Shown here one piece after another: positions 1-8,764 of a stretch of 42,465 nucleotides of DNA. The notes under the pieces were generated by a model, which worked only from the letters and a program-made list of their open reading frames with translations, did not search any database and had not been told where the DNA came from. The position numbers and the translations under genes are program-made. How positions within the stretch are numbered: position 1 is the first letter of the stretch; every line of letters starts with the position of its first letter. The DNA lies in contig CANKTL010000003.1 of assembly GCA_947486405.1 (NCBI GenBank), forward strand, positions 1 through 42,465, given 5' to 3'. The DNA comes from a bacterium (GTDB taxonomy: Bacteria > Margulisbacteria > Marinamargulisbacteria > CANKTL01).

Positions 1-1
1 A

Positions 2-721
2 GTAAAATACACCGTATTGTCCATTGATGATGAGCCCGATATTCGCAGTGGCATTCGCCTCAATTTGCGTAAATTTTACCATTTATTAGATGCTGAAAGT
101 GGCCAGGTCGCCCTGAAAATATTGGCGGACCATCCCGAAATTGATGTGGTGCTATTGGATGTGCGCATGCCCGGAGAATGGGGTAATGTATTGCTACCCA
201 AAATCAAGGCCCTGCGCCCGGATGTCGAGGTTGTTATGCTGACCGCATACGAAGAAACCGCCATTGCCATCGATACCTTCAAAAAAGGCACTTACGAGTA
301 CCTTAACAAGCCCTTTAGTAAGGTTCAAATTCAAGATTGTGTGTACCGGGCCCTAAATGTGAAGCTGACTCGGCAGTACGGACGGACCCTCCCGTTACCC
401 GAAAGAATTCCCATTTTTGAGGAGTACGCGGCCATTAAAGCGGCCTTGAATCAAACGGTGACCTATGGCGATTTGGGCCTCTTTTTCCGAGAAATTTTGT
501 TGCTGGATATTCCCAGTACCCAGATTGTTGATTTTGCCGGGCGATCGATTGCCGATCTTGTGTGTGAATTGGTTCAACAGTCGACGCAAGGCAACTCTGA
601 GGCACTCGACTCGTCGCGGGATATGGCCGTGGCGTTGACCCTGGCATTTACCCAAAATCCCACCGATGAAAACCGCGTCAAAATGCAGGATGCATTGAAT
701 CGCTTAGGTCAGCATATTTAA
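2..721 (+). CDS. Response regulator (receiver domain plus uncharacterised C-terminal domain), probably 5'-truncated by the window edge
   Basis: Frame is open from position 2 (VKYTVLSIDDEPD). Receiver motifs present: DD, LLDVRMP (phospho-Asp), MLTAY, NKPF. Confidence 0.85.
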   Translation, partial: VKYTVLSIDDEPDIRSGIRLNLRKFYHLLDAESGQVALKILADHPEIDVVLLDVRMPGEWGNVLLPKIKALRPDVEVVMLTAYEETAIAIDTFKKGTYEYLNKPFSKVQIQDCVYRALNVKLTRQYGRTLPLPERIPIFEEYAAIKAALNQTVTYGDLGLFFREILLLDIPSTQIVDFAGRSIADLVCELVQQSTQGNSEALDSSRDMAVALTLAFTQNPTDENRVKMQDALNRLGQHI

Positions 722-730
722 TCCCAGATA

Positions 731-759
731 TTGCATGTCCCCAATTAATCTGATATAAA
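731..759 (+). promoter_or_regulatory. Sigma70-type promoter of the rpsF operon
   Basis: TTGCAT (731-736), 17-nt spacer, TATAAA (754-759) with extended TGn. A CCTCA/TGAGG hairpin (764-788) covers the GAGGAG RBS. Confidence 0.6.
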
Positions 760-797
760 TCTACCTCATTTTGTAAGTAAATTTGAGGAGAGTCTCT

Positions 798-1121
798 GTG
801 AAAGAATACGAAATTCTATATATCGTTAAGCCTAACTTGGGCGATGATCGTTACGCGGAATTAAATGATAAATTTAAGGCTGCAGTTGAAAAAAATAATG
901 GCGAAGTGATGAGCTTCACTCCTCAAGGCGTGAAAGACATTGCCCCAACCTTTGAAGGTTTAGAGCGTGGGTATTATGTAGTGTCTCAGTTTACAACCAC
1001 CCCAGCTGGCCTTGATGCCATTCAAAATTTATTTAAAGTGGAAGAAGATATGGTTCGGTATTTGAATGTTGAACTATCATCGGTGTTCCCTGAACAGCTT
1101 GAGCCTGAAGTTAAGAGCTAG
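798..1121 (+). CDS. rpsF: 30S ribosomal protein S6
   Basis: GTG start after RBS GAGGAG; MKEYEILYIVKPNL...GYY...VRYL; canonical operon position. Confidence 0.93.
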   Translation: MKEYEILYIVKPNLGDDRYAELNDKFKAAVEKNNGEVMSFTPQGVKDIAPTFEGLERGYYVVSQFTTTPAGLDAIQNLFKVEEDMVRYLNVELSSVFPEQLEPEVKS

Positions 1122-1594
1122 TGGCCAGTTTTAACCGCATTGTCTTGGTGGGAAGCCTGACCGAAGATCCTGAAATTCGGGTGACCAACGGGGGTATTTC
1201 TATGTCCCGGTTTACCCTTGCGGTTGATCGGCCTACCCGCGTTATGGGTGAGGCATCAGCGTCTGATTTTATTCAGGTGACAGCCTGGCGTGAACTGGCG
1301 GAAGAAATTCAGCAATCGGCCAAAAAAGGGTCGTTGGCGTATTTAGAAGGTTCAATTAAAACAGATTCGTTTGAAACCCCTCAAGGTGAAAAGCGCTATA
1401 CCACTAAGGTCGAAGCGAATCGCTTTAAAGTATTGACTGGTGGGGGTGCCGTTTCAGCCGGGCAGTCTGATTTGCCACCCTTAGAGGCAGTAGGCGCTCC
1501 GTTGAAAGATTCAGACTTTGATTTTGGTGAGCCGGCAGGTTCAGGACAGAACGATTCGCTGAGTTTTGGCGAAACCGAAGAAATTCCATTTTAG
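1121..1594 (+). CDS. ssb: Single-stranded DNA-binding protein (copy 1, acidic EEIPF tail)
   Basis: FNRIVLVGSLTEDPEIR, FTLAVDR, OB fold; C-terminal ETEEIPF. Confidence 0.92.
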   Translation: MASFNRIVLVGSLTEDPEIRVTNGGISMSRFTLAVDRPTRVMGEASASDFIQVTAWRELAEEIQQSAKKGSLAYLEGSIKTDSFETPQGEKRYTTKVEANRFKVLTGGGAVSAGQSDLPPLEAVGAPLKDSDFDFGEPAGSGQNDSLSFGETEEIPF

Positions 1595-1604
1595 GCGATA
1601 TGCA

Positions 1605-1982
1605 ATGAACAAAGTGTTTTTAATTGGACGATTAGTGCGCGACCCTGAGATGAGATTAACCACCTCGGGGATTGCGGTTACCCGCTTTACCTTGGCCATC
1701 GATCGCGGCTTCAAACGGGGCGATGAGGCTGAGCGTACCGCTGATTTTATCCGCGTCGTCGCTTGGCGTCGTTTGGCTGAGATTTGCAACGACTACTTGA
1801 AAAAAGGAAAGCTAGTGGCCATTGAAGGCCGCCTTCAAGTGGATTCGTTCGAGAAGAACGGTGAGCGTCGCACCGTTTCAGAAGTAGTGGCCGATAATAT
1901 GCAAATGCTCGACCGCGGGGGCGATGTCGCTGCCGAGGGCGTGCCGGCTGACGCGAGTGCGTTCGAAAACAGCGGGTTTTAG
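1605..1982 (+). CDS. ssb: Single-stranded DNA-binding protein (copy 2, short tail)
   Basis: ATG at 1605: MNKVFLIGRLVRDPEMR...LKKGKLVAIEGRLQ; ends FENSGF. Confidence 0.93.
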   Translation: MNKVFLIGRLVRDPEMRLTTSGIAVTRFTLAIDRGFKRGDEAERTADFIRVVAWRRLAEICNDYLKKGKLVAIEGRLQVDSFEKNGERRTVSEVVADNMQMLDRGGDVAAEGVPADASAFENSGF

Positions 1983-2037
1983 GGCCTGTTGACAAATACA
2001 TAAATTTCTAATCAAATAGGAGATTCGAGGAGTTTCA

Positions 2038-2280
2038 ATGACAGATCAAGCATCAAACATCAAAAAACGAAAACGTCGCCGCAAGGTATGTGCCTTCTGC
2101 GTGGGTCGTTATATTGCATTAGATTATAAGAACATCGACCGATTGGGCCGTTATATCAGCGATCGAGGCAAAATTGTGCCACGTCGGACATCTGGTTGCT
2201 GTGCTAAGCACCAACGGATGGTAGCGCAAGCGGTTAAACGGGCTCGCTTTATTGGCCTCGTGCCGTTTTGTATTGACTAG
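2038..2280 (+). CDS. rpsR: 30S ribosomal protein S18 (zinc-binding C+ form)
   Basis: RRKVCAFC...DYKN...GKIVPRR.SGCCAKHQR...AVKRAR; RBS GAGGAG. Confidence 0.97.
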   Translation: MTDQASNIKKRKRRRKVCAFCVGRYIALDYKNIDRLGRYISDRGKIVPRRTSGCCAKHQRMVAQAVKRARFIGLVPFCID

Positions 2281-2296
2281 GTAAGGAGCCAGGATC

Positions 2297-2761
2297 ATGT
2301 CGACAATCGTTGAAGTAATATTGACTCAAAGTGTAGATGGCCAAGGTACTGCTGGCCAAAGCAAAAAAGTAAGGCGTGGCTTTGCGAACTATTTGGTTCG
2401 TAAAGGATTTGCACTGCCGTATTCAGCTCATTATGTAACAATGGCTGAGTCGCTTCGGAAAAAAGAAATTAAGCGCTTAGAAAAAGAAAAAGAGTCCGCT
2501 GAAGCTGTGGCCAAAGAACTCAACGGTAAAACCATTGAGATCGAGAAAAAAGCCCACGATGAAGGTCGTTTGTATGGTTCAGTAACGTCACAGGAACTGT
2601 CTGAACTAATCAATCGTGACTATGAAGTTAAAGTTGAGCGTAAGAGATTTGTGATGCCTGAGCATATTAAAGAAGCCGGCGATCACACCATCAAAATTAA
2701 GCTTCATTCTGAAGTCGAGTGCGAAATCACTTTACGCATCGTTCCTCAAGCGGAGCACTAA
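2297..2761 (+). CDS. rplI: 50S ribosomal protein L9
   Basis: VRRGFANYL, GRLYGSVT, IKLHSEV; follows rpsR. Confidence 0.95.
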   Translation: MSTIVEVILTQSVDGQGTAGQSKKVRRGFANYLVRKGFALPYSAHYVTMAESLRKKEIKRLEKEKESAEAVAKELNGKTIEIEKKAHDEGRLYGSVTSQELSELINRDYEVKVERKRFVMPEHIKEAGDHTIKIKLHSEVECEITLRIVPQAEH

Positions 2762-2780
2762 TTCGGAGTTAGCCGATCTC

Positions 2781-4568
2781 ATTAAAGCCCTTCCCAGCGA
2801 GTCTGGTATCTATAAGATGCTGGATTCGACTGGGACTATTATTTATGTAGGCAAGGCCAAAAACCTTAAAAAACGGGTATCTAGCTATTTTAATCGGACC
2901 CACACGGACATTAAAACGGCGGCTTTAGTATCCCAAATCCGTCACATTGAATTTATTGCCACTCAAAACGAGCAAGAAGCCCTGGTGCTTGAAAATCAGC
3001 TCATTAAGCGGCTGATGCCCAGGTACAATATTCAGCTCAAAGATGACAAAAATTACCCTTACCTTAAACTTACCACCAACGAACCATTTCCCAAATTATT
3101 GATTACCCGCAGTCGCGAGGCTGATGGCGCGGAATATTTTGGGCCTTTTCCATTTATGGGTTCGATTTATCGCTTTCGCCAAACATTACTCAGTCTATTT
3201 CCGATTCGGGACTGCATGCAGTCCATTGATCTCACTCATGAGCAAAAAAAATGCATTAAGCTCGACATGAAAACATGTGTGGGCCCCTGTGTAATTAAAG
3301 ACGTGAAGCCGGAATATGACCATATGATTCATCAGATTCGGTTGCTATTAAGGGGCAAGAATCGACAGTTAATTGGTGAATTGCGGGACGAAATGATGCG
3401 GTTGGCGGCCGAACAGCGCTTTGAAAAAGCGGCCCATATTCGAGATAGCATTCAAAAAATTGAGAAGATTCAGCAGCGGCAAACCGTGGATATTGAGTAT
3501 GATGGGGTGGTCCACGTCTGGGCGGTGGCTGAGCGTGATTCGATTGTGTATGCCTTGGTTCAAGAGATCATCGATGGGAAATTGCTCGCGCAAAAGGGGT
3601 TTTACGCAGATCGCGATGGCCAATCAACGGATGAGTTTTTGGTGCAGAGTTGTGTGACCTATCTGGAAACAGGCACGCCGCCGGATGAAATTTGGTGCGA
3701 GTCGCCATTTCAAGGGGTGTTTCAAAGCACCACGGTAGGGATGGCGGGTAAATTGGTGAATGTGGTGGTGCCGGTGATTGGCGCAAAGCGAACCTTATTG
3801 GACACCGCGAACTTGAATGCTCGGTTGGCCGTATCTCGGATTCAGCGATCGGCACCGTTGCCCCTGCAGCCTGAAACAGTGGCTGTGCTCGAATCCTTGC
3901 AGCAGCAGTGCCAGTTGCGCCGTTGTCCGCATCGGATTATTGGCTTTGATATTTCGCACTTGTCTGCCACCAATATTGTGGCTTCAGCGGTGTATTTTTT
4001 TGAGGGCAAGCCGTTGAAGTCCATGTATCGCAAGTTCAATATTCGCTCGGTGGTGGGCAAAAGCAACGATCCGTTGTCGATGTATGAAGTGGTATTGCGC
4101 CGCTTGCACCGCACGTTGGTGGATGATGAACAGTTGCCAGATCTGGTTCTGATTGACGGTGGAAAGGGACAGTTGAATTTTGCGGTTTCTGCGATGCAGT
4201 CGCTACCGTTGCCGCATCCGGTGGATGTTGTGAGTTTGGCTAAGCGAGAAGAATTAGTGTTTTCGCCAGGGTTGGCCGAACCCATACGGCTGTCTCTGTC
4301 GGACCCGGCACTGCGGTTGCTGCAGTACGTGCGGGATGAATCTCATCGGTTTGCAGTGAGTTTTCAGCGTCAAAAACGGGCGGGGTGGCTGACGGACTCT
4401 GTTTTAGATCAGATTCCAGGTTTAGGGCCGAAACGAGTGACGCTCCTTTTGTCGCAGTACAAGTCGGTGGAACGCATTCGGGAGTTAACGGTTGAGGAAC
4501 TGGCAAAAGTTGGTAATATGGGTAGAACATGTGCCGAATCCGTACTCAATTTTCTGTCTCATCGCTAA
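2781..4568 (+). CDS. uvrC: Excinuclease ABC subunit C (start uncertain; homology extends 5' of ATG 2817)
   Basis: LPSESGIY...YVGKAKNLKKRV GIY-YIG domain, UVR motif (RFEKAAHIRD), GFDISH, LIDGGKGQ, RDESHRFA, HhH GLGPKR. Confidence 0.95.
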   Translation: MKALPSESGIYKMLDSTGTIIYVGKAKNLKKRVSSYFNRTHTDIKTAALVSQIRHIEFIATQNEQEALVLENQLIKRLMPRYNIQLKDDKNYPYLKLTTNEPFPKLLITRSREADGAEYFGPFPFMGSIYRFRQTLLSLFPIRDCMQSIDLTHEQKKCIKLDMKTCVGPCVIKDVKPEYDHMIHQIRLLLRGKNRQLIGELRDEMMRLAAEQRFEKAAHIRDSIQKIEKIQQRQTVDIEYDGVVHVWAVAERDSIVYALVQEIIDGKLLAQKGFYADRDGQSTDEFLVQSCVTYLETGTPPDEIWCESPFQGVFQSTTVGMAGKLVNVVVPVIGAKRTLLDTANLNARLAVSRIQRSAPLPLQPETVAVLESLQQQCQLRRCPHRIIGFDISHLSATNIVASAVYFFEGKPLKSMYRKFNIRSVVGKSNDPLSMYEVVLRRLHRTLVDDEQLPDLVLIDGGKGQLNFAVSAMQSLPLPHPVDVVSLAKREELVFSPGLAEPIRLSLSDPALRLLQYVRDESHRFAVSFQRQKRAGWLTDSVLDQIPGLGPKRVTLLLSQYKSVERIRELTVEELAKVGNMGRTCAESVLNFLSHR

Positions 4569-5665
4569 TTATTGCCCTCTTGGTTTTGGTGTCACCACTT
4601 CAGGCCCAGACCAAAAATAACGAAGCCTATTATAAAGAGAAAATGAAGCAGATTGACCGACAGATTCAAGAGAAATCTAGGGCTATTGAAGAGAAAAAAG
4701 AGAAGCGCTCCGCCGTTTATCGGGATGTGTTGCAGCTTCAAAAATCAATTGTTCAAACCGACGCGCATTTAAATCAAAATCGCCGCAGTTTGATGGTGTA
4801 TTCTCAAAAAATTGAAGACACGCAAAATCATATTCGGGTTTTGCAAACCTCATATCAGCGTCAATCCAACGCCTTTGGAAAGCGCTTGGCGGGGTTTTAT
4901 AAGAACAAAAACTTGGGCGTTTTAGAACTACTGTTTTCTAAGGCAGATTTTGAAACGATCGTGGATTCGTCGTATTACTTTGATCGCATTATGAAGACAG
5001 ATATCGACCTATTTAACGAACTCCGGTCCCAATACAATCATCTGAATCAAGAGAACCGGGTTCTCTCGCATCAGGTGATTCAAATCAAAGAGGTCCAATC
5101 TGAAATTCGGCAGCAGAAATATGAACTGGCAACCAAAAAGGCCAAAAAAGAGGAATATCAGCGGGCCTTAGACCAAGAAATTCGACAGTATGAAGAAGAA
5201 ACCGAGGAGCTGCGGCAAAGCTCATTGGAAATTACGCAGTTATTAGAGCGGTCGGGTGGCGTTAGCGACGTGGTTGGAACAGGGCGCTTTATTATGCCTA
5301 CACAAGGGTGGTTTTCGTCGCCGTTTGGGTACCGAGTTCATCCCATCTTTCGCACACGCCGATTCCACGCGGGCCAAGATATCGCGGCGCCTATGGGCAC
5401 CCGCATAATTGCCGCAGATAGCGGAACGGTGATCTTCGCCGGTACTAAGGGTGGTTACGGAAAGCTCACGATTATCGACCATGGACGTAATATGTCTACG
5501 GTCTATGGGCATCAATCACGAATTATTGTGGCAAGCGGCCAGGCGGTTAAGCAAGGTCAGTTGATTGGCTACGTGGGATCCACCGGATTTTCTACCGGAC
5601 CCCATCTCCATTTCGAAGTTCGGATTTCAGGAAATCCGGTTGATCCACGCACTTATTTAAGATAA
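4529..5665 (+). CDS. Secreted coiled-coil M23/LytM peptidase (EnvC/MepM-like)
   Basis: Signal-peptide-like N-terminus, long coiled coil, intact Zn motifs HAGQD and GPHLHFE. Confidence 0.9.
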   Translation: MCRIRTQFSVSSLIIALLVLVSPLQAQTKNNEAYYKEKMKQIDRQIQEKSRAIEEKKEKRSAVYRDVLQLQKSIVQTDAHLNQNRRSLMVYSQKIEDTQNHIRVLQTSYQRQSNAFGKRLAGFYKNKNLGVLELLFSKADFETIVDSSYYFDRIMKTDIDLFNELRSQYNHLNQENRVLSHQVIQIKEVQSEIRQQKYELATKKAKKEEYQRALDQEIRQYEEETEELRQSSLEITQLLERSGGVSDVVGTGRFIMPTQGWFSSPFGYRVHPIFRTRRFHAGQDIAAPMGTRIIAADSGTVIFAGTKGGYGKLTIIDHGRNMSTVYGHQSRIIVASGQAVKQGQLIGYVGSTGFSTGPHLHFEVRISGNPVDPRTYLR

Positions 5666-5701
5666 ATTAAAATTTAGTTAAAATTTTGTCTTTCAGAAGG
5701 A

Positions 5702-7645
5702 ATGGGTCTAATGAAAAAAATTGTGAGTGCATCAAAAATGCCGTTTGAATTCTCGTCTAAACAATTGAAGTCGATACAGGCCTTGGCCTCTCTATTTCGG
5801 GGAATTGAAGCCGATCAGTTGAAGATTTTTACAACCCATGTGAGTGGAGATTCCGAATTTAGAGGAGGATTTGAAAAGCTATGGGCGTATGTAACGGCAT
5901 TTTCGGCTCAAGTAGTGGCTACCCAAATGTTGGCGTTTTCAAGGGTGATGAATGAAGCCAGAGACCGCGGCCAAACACCTTGGGCAGTGAAAAATGCCGC
6001 TGATGGCCTGGCATGTACGGTTGTAGAATCCATTTTTAACGAGTTGGCTCGCCAAATTCCGGGATTTCAGGCCCGCGTTATTGCCAGTGAAGGGTTGAAA
6101 GACGGCGCTCCGGGTATTCGAGTGGGTGCTGTGTATACCAAAAATGGCAAATCTGTTGATTTGCCTGAATTTGTAATCAGCGTGGATCCCATTGACGGCA
6201 CAAGTCCCTTTGTTGCTGGCCGGGGTGGGGCGACATCTGGGTTTTCGGTTCAATTGTCCTTTCCAGGTCAGGTGCGGGTTCAGTTACCCGATCCCTTATC
6301 TGTGTTTGGCATTGTTACCGGTCCCCATGTTCCCAATTTGTCCGAAATGGGGCTTCCGAACTTGGATCCAAGGCCCTCAAAAATGGCTGAAAACGTGCGG
6401 AATATTGCACTTGCGACCCTTCGGCGTGACACCCCCGGGGTAGAGTTTGCGAAAAATGATATTGATGCCAAACTTACGAAAAGCAGATTTGCAATGATGA
6501 ACCGGCCATATCAAAATCGCCAAATTGTAGCCGAACTCAATCGAGCTGGCTGTCAGCTGACGGCAGCCTTTGACAAAGATGGAAAACCGGATCCCAAAGC
6601 TGTGTATTTGGATGGGCCATTTGTCGGTCAAACTATTTGGTTGAACGATAAATCCAACTGGGAGACCCGCGACGGACGGTTGGTAATGGTGGATGATGGG
6701 AATTGGACCTTACACCTCAACCCCGATTATTTGGCGGTACTGGGGAACGGCGGTTTACCGGAATACGCGGCAATGGTGGCGTCTGCCAGCAACTACACCG
6801 CGGTTCTTTTAGATAAAGATAATCGTCAAATCGAACTTGTTGAAGCGACTGCAACCTTTGCACTATTGCCGAAATCCAGACAAGATCCAGAAGATCTGAA
6901 GGCGTGTTTTGGTGCGAAAAGCATTCAAGCATTCAGAGAAGCCAATCCTGGGATGACTGAAGCGGAATCTCTCGCCAATTTAGGTAAAATTTGGGATGTT
7001 GCGGAGATGGGTAGTCAGGAGGGCCTCTTTGTTGCGACGGCGCTCTCGACATTGGCACGTGAAAAAGCGGGCGAAGTTTATCCTCAAGTACACCCTGAAT
7101 TAAGGGGCGCCCGATTGGAAGACGGTGTTATTAAAACATCGGCGATTGTAGCTTCTCCTCAGACCGTTAAGGTTTTGTCTGCCGAAGTGCCGATTACGTT
7201 GCCGGTAATGCTTCGTCAATTTGCGACAATGGAAATTGGGATTGAAAAATTAGATCTTGCTAAGCAAATTCTAGAAATTGCTTACAAATATGGGTGTTTT
7301 GAACAGGCACGAGAAGTAGTTGACGTGGTTATCTCTCAACTCAGAAATGCCAAATTGGATTTATTCCAAAGTTTAGACGCGGAAGAGACACAAGATCCTG
7401 AGCGCCAAGAATTGGGCAGCCACTATGTCAGCCTGATGCAGTCTTATAACTTGTCCCGCAGATTCATCGCTATTTTAAGGGATGCTGCAGCGGTTAAAAA
7501 AGAGGATGTTGCGACCATGAAAGCCCTGATTGCAAGGTGCGATAGCTTTTTGGGCCAATACCATGTCGCCAAGCATGAAATTGGCGGCCAGGTGAGCGAA
7601 ATTCGGATGGCGTTGCAGGACCAAGTGGCCGTCCTTTCGAAATAA
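5702..7645 (+). CDS. Divergent, enlarged GlpX-like (class II FBPase fold) protein
   Basis: KNAADGLA, SEGLKDGAP, VDPIDGT, DDGN, GNGGLPE and FVATAL match GlpX motifs in order; 647 aa, about twice the usual length. Confidence 0.65.
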   Translation: MGLMKKIVSASKMPFEFSSKQLKSIQALASLFRGIEADQLKIFTTHVSGDSEFRGGFEKLWAYVTAFSAQVVATQMLAFSRVMNEARDRGQTPWAVKNAADGLACTVVESIFNELARQIPGFQARVIASEGLKDGAPGIRVGAVYTKNGKSVDLPEFVISVDPIDGTSPFVAGRGGATSGFSVQLSFPGQVRVQLPDPLSVFGIVTGPHVPNLSEMGLPNLDPRPSKMAENVRNIALATLRRDTPGVEFAKNDIDAKLTKSRFAMMNRPYQNRQIVAELNRAGCQLTAAFDKDGKPDPKAVYLDGPFVGQTIWLNDKSNWETRDGRLVMVDDGNWTLHLNPDYLAVLGNGGLPEYAAMVASASNYTAVLLDKDNRQIELVEATATFALLPKSRQDPEDLKACFGAKSIQAFREANPGMTEAESLANLGKIWDVAEMGSQEGLFVATALSTLAREKAGEVYPQVHPELRGARLEDGVIKTSAIVASPQTVKVLSAEVPITLPVMLRQFATMEIGIEKLDLAKQILEIAYKYGCFEQAREVVDVVISQLRNAKLDLFQSLDAEETQDPERQELGSHYVSLMQSYNLSRRFIAILRDAAAVKKEDVATMKALIARCDSFLGQYHVAKHEIGGQVSEIRMALQDQVAVLSK

Positions 7646-7683
7646 AGAATTAGGGTCAGGGCTGTCGGTGACTTCGCCTCTTA

Positions 7684-7712
7684 TTGAGCCAAGCCCGACA
7701 TCCGGCTATAAT
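7684..7712 (+). promoter_or_regulatory. Sigma70-type promoter of the hem operon
   Basis: TTGAGC (7684-7689), 17-nt spacer, perfect TATAAT (7707-7712). Confidence 0.7.
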
Positions 7713-7747
7713 GATCCTCATTTCGTTCGAATTCGGGGGTCTCGCCC

Positions 7748-8764
7748 ATGTTACTCGGTGTCTTAAAAACAGATCATACAAATCTCTCTCTGGTTGAGCG
7801 AGAGCAGGTCTATTTCTCGGATTCTGATAAAGACCGATTTTTAAGCCTGTGGCGGACCGAATCGCCGGTGGATGAGCTGGTCATTATGTCGACCTGCAAT
7901 CGGAGTGAAATTTATTTTTCTGGGGCCGATTTGACGGCCTCTGAGCAGCGGCTTAAGCGTTTGATGAGTGCATTTTTTGGGGTGTCCTCCGATTGGATTG
8001 ATCAAAAATTTGAGTCCATTCGCGGTGATGCGGCCCTCAAACATTTGTTTGGAGTCATTTCGGGTATCCATTCGATGGTGTTTGGTGAGAATGAAATATT
8101 GGGCCAAGTAAAAGCGGCCTATCAGTTTTGTTTGGAAAAGGGATCTACCCAATCGATCTTGAATAAGGCGTTTCAGTCCGCGATTGCGGTCGGTAAACGG
8201 GTGCGCGATGAAACCGAGCTTGGAAAAGGCGCGTATTCGGTCAGTTCAATTGCCATTGACCGTGCGGCCCAGATTCGACCTGATTTTCTAAAATTACGTA
8301 CCATTATTGTAGGTGCTGGCGATACCAGTTTGCGCTGCGTCAAAAAATTGGCCGCTTTGGGCCATCAAAACCTGGTAATTACGAACCGCACGCCTGAACG
8401 GGCCGGACAAATTGCGGCTGAATATGGCTTGGAAACGTTAGACTATGCGCAATTAATTAGCCGCTTAAATGAATTTGATTGTGTATTTGTGGCGACGTTA
8501 TCACCGGATTACTTGGTATTTCCCGCACAAATTGCCTCGAATCGGCCGAAGGTGGTTGTGGATTTGGGCGTACCTCGGAACGTGGACCCACGGGTCGCGG
8601 AGCTGCCGAATGTGACCTTGATTACGATTGATCATCTCACCGAAATCGCGGATGAAAACGTGGCGCGGCGACGGGTGGAACTGCCCAAAATTAACGGTAT
8701 TTTTGACGAAGAGATTGCGATTTTTCATCAATGGCACAACTACCGCCGCCTCGTATCCGTATAG
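7748..8764 (+). CDS. hemA: Glutamyl-tRNA reductase (short form)
   Basis: STCNRSE catalytic Cys, SMVFGENEILGQ, GAGD NADPH fold, DLGVPRNVDP. Confidence 0.95.
   Translation: MLLGVLKTDHTNLSLVEREQVYFSDSDKDRFLSLWRTESPVDELVIMSTCNRSEIYFSGADLTASEQRLKRLMSAFFGVSSDWIDQKFESIRGDAALKHLFGVISGIHSMVFGENEILGQVKAAYQFCLEKGSTQSILNKAFQSAIAVGKRVRDETELGKGAYSVSSIAIDRAAQIRPDFLKLRTIIVGAGDTSLRCVKKLAALGHQNLVITNRTPERAGQIAAEYGLETLDYAQLISRLNEFDCVFVATLSPDYLVFPAQIASNRPKVVVDLGVPRNVDPRVAELPNVTLITIDHLTEIADENVARRRVELPKINGIFDEEIAIFHQWHNYRRLVSV

Noticed and set aside
760-797. S6:S18 autoregulatory leader RNA
   Set aside because: Only a 5-bp stem over the RBS is visible and the conserved CCG motif is not evident, so it was not called as an ncRNA.
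1566-1604. Earlier start for the second ssb
   Set aside because: It overlaps the first ssb; MNKVFLIG at 1605 is the family-typical start.
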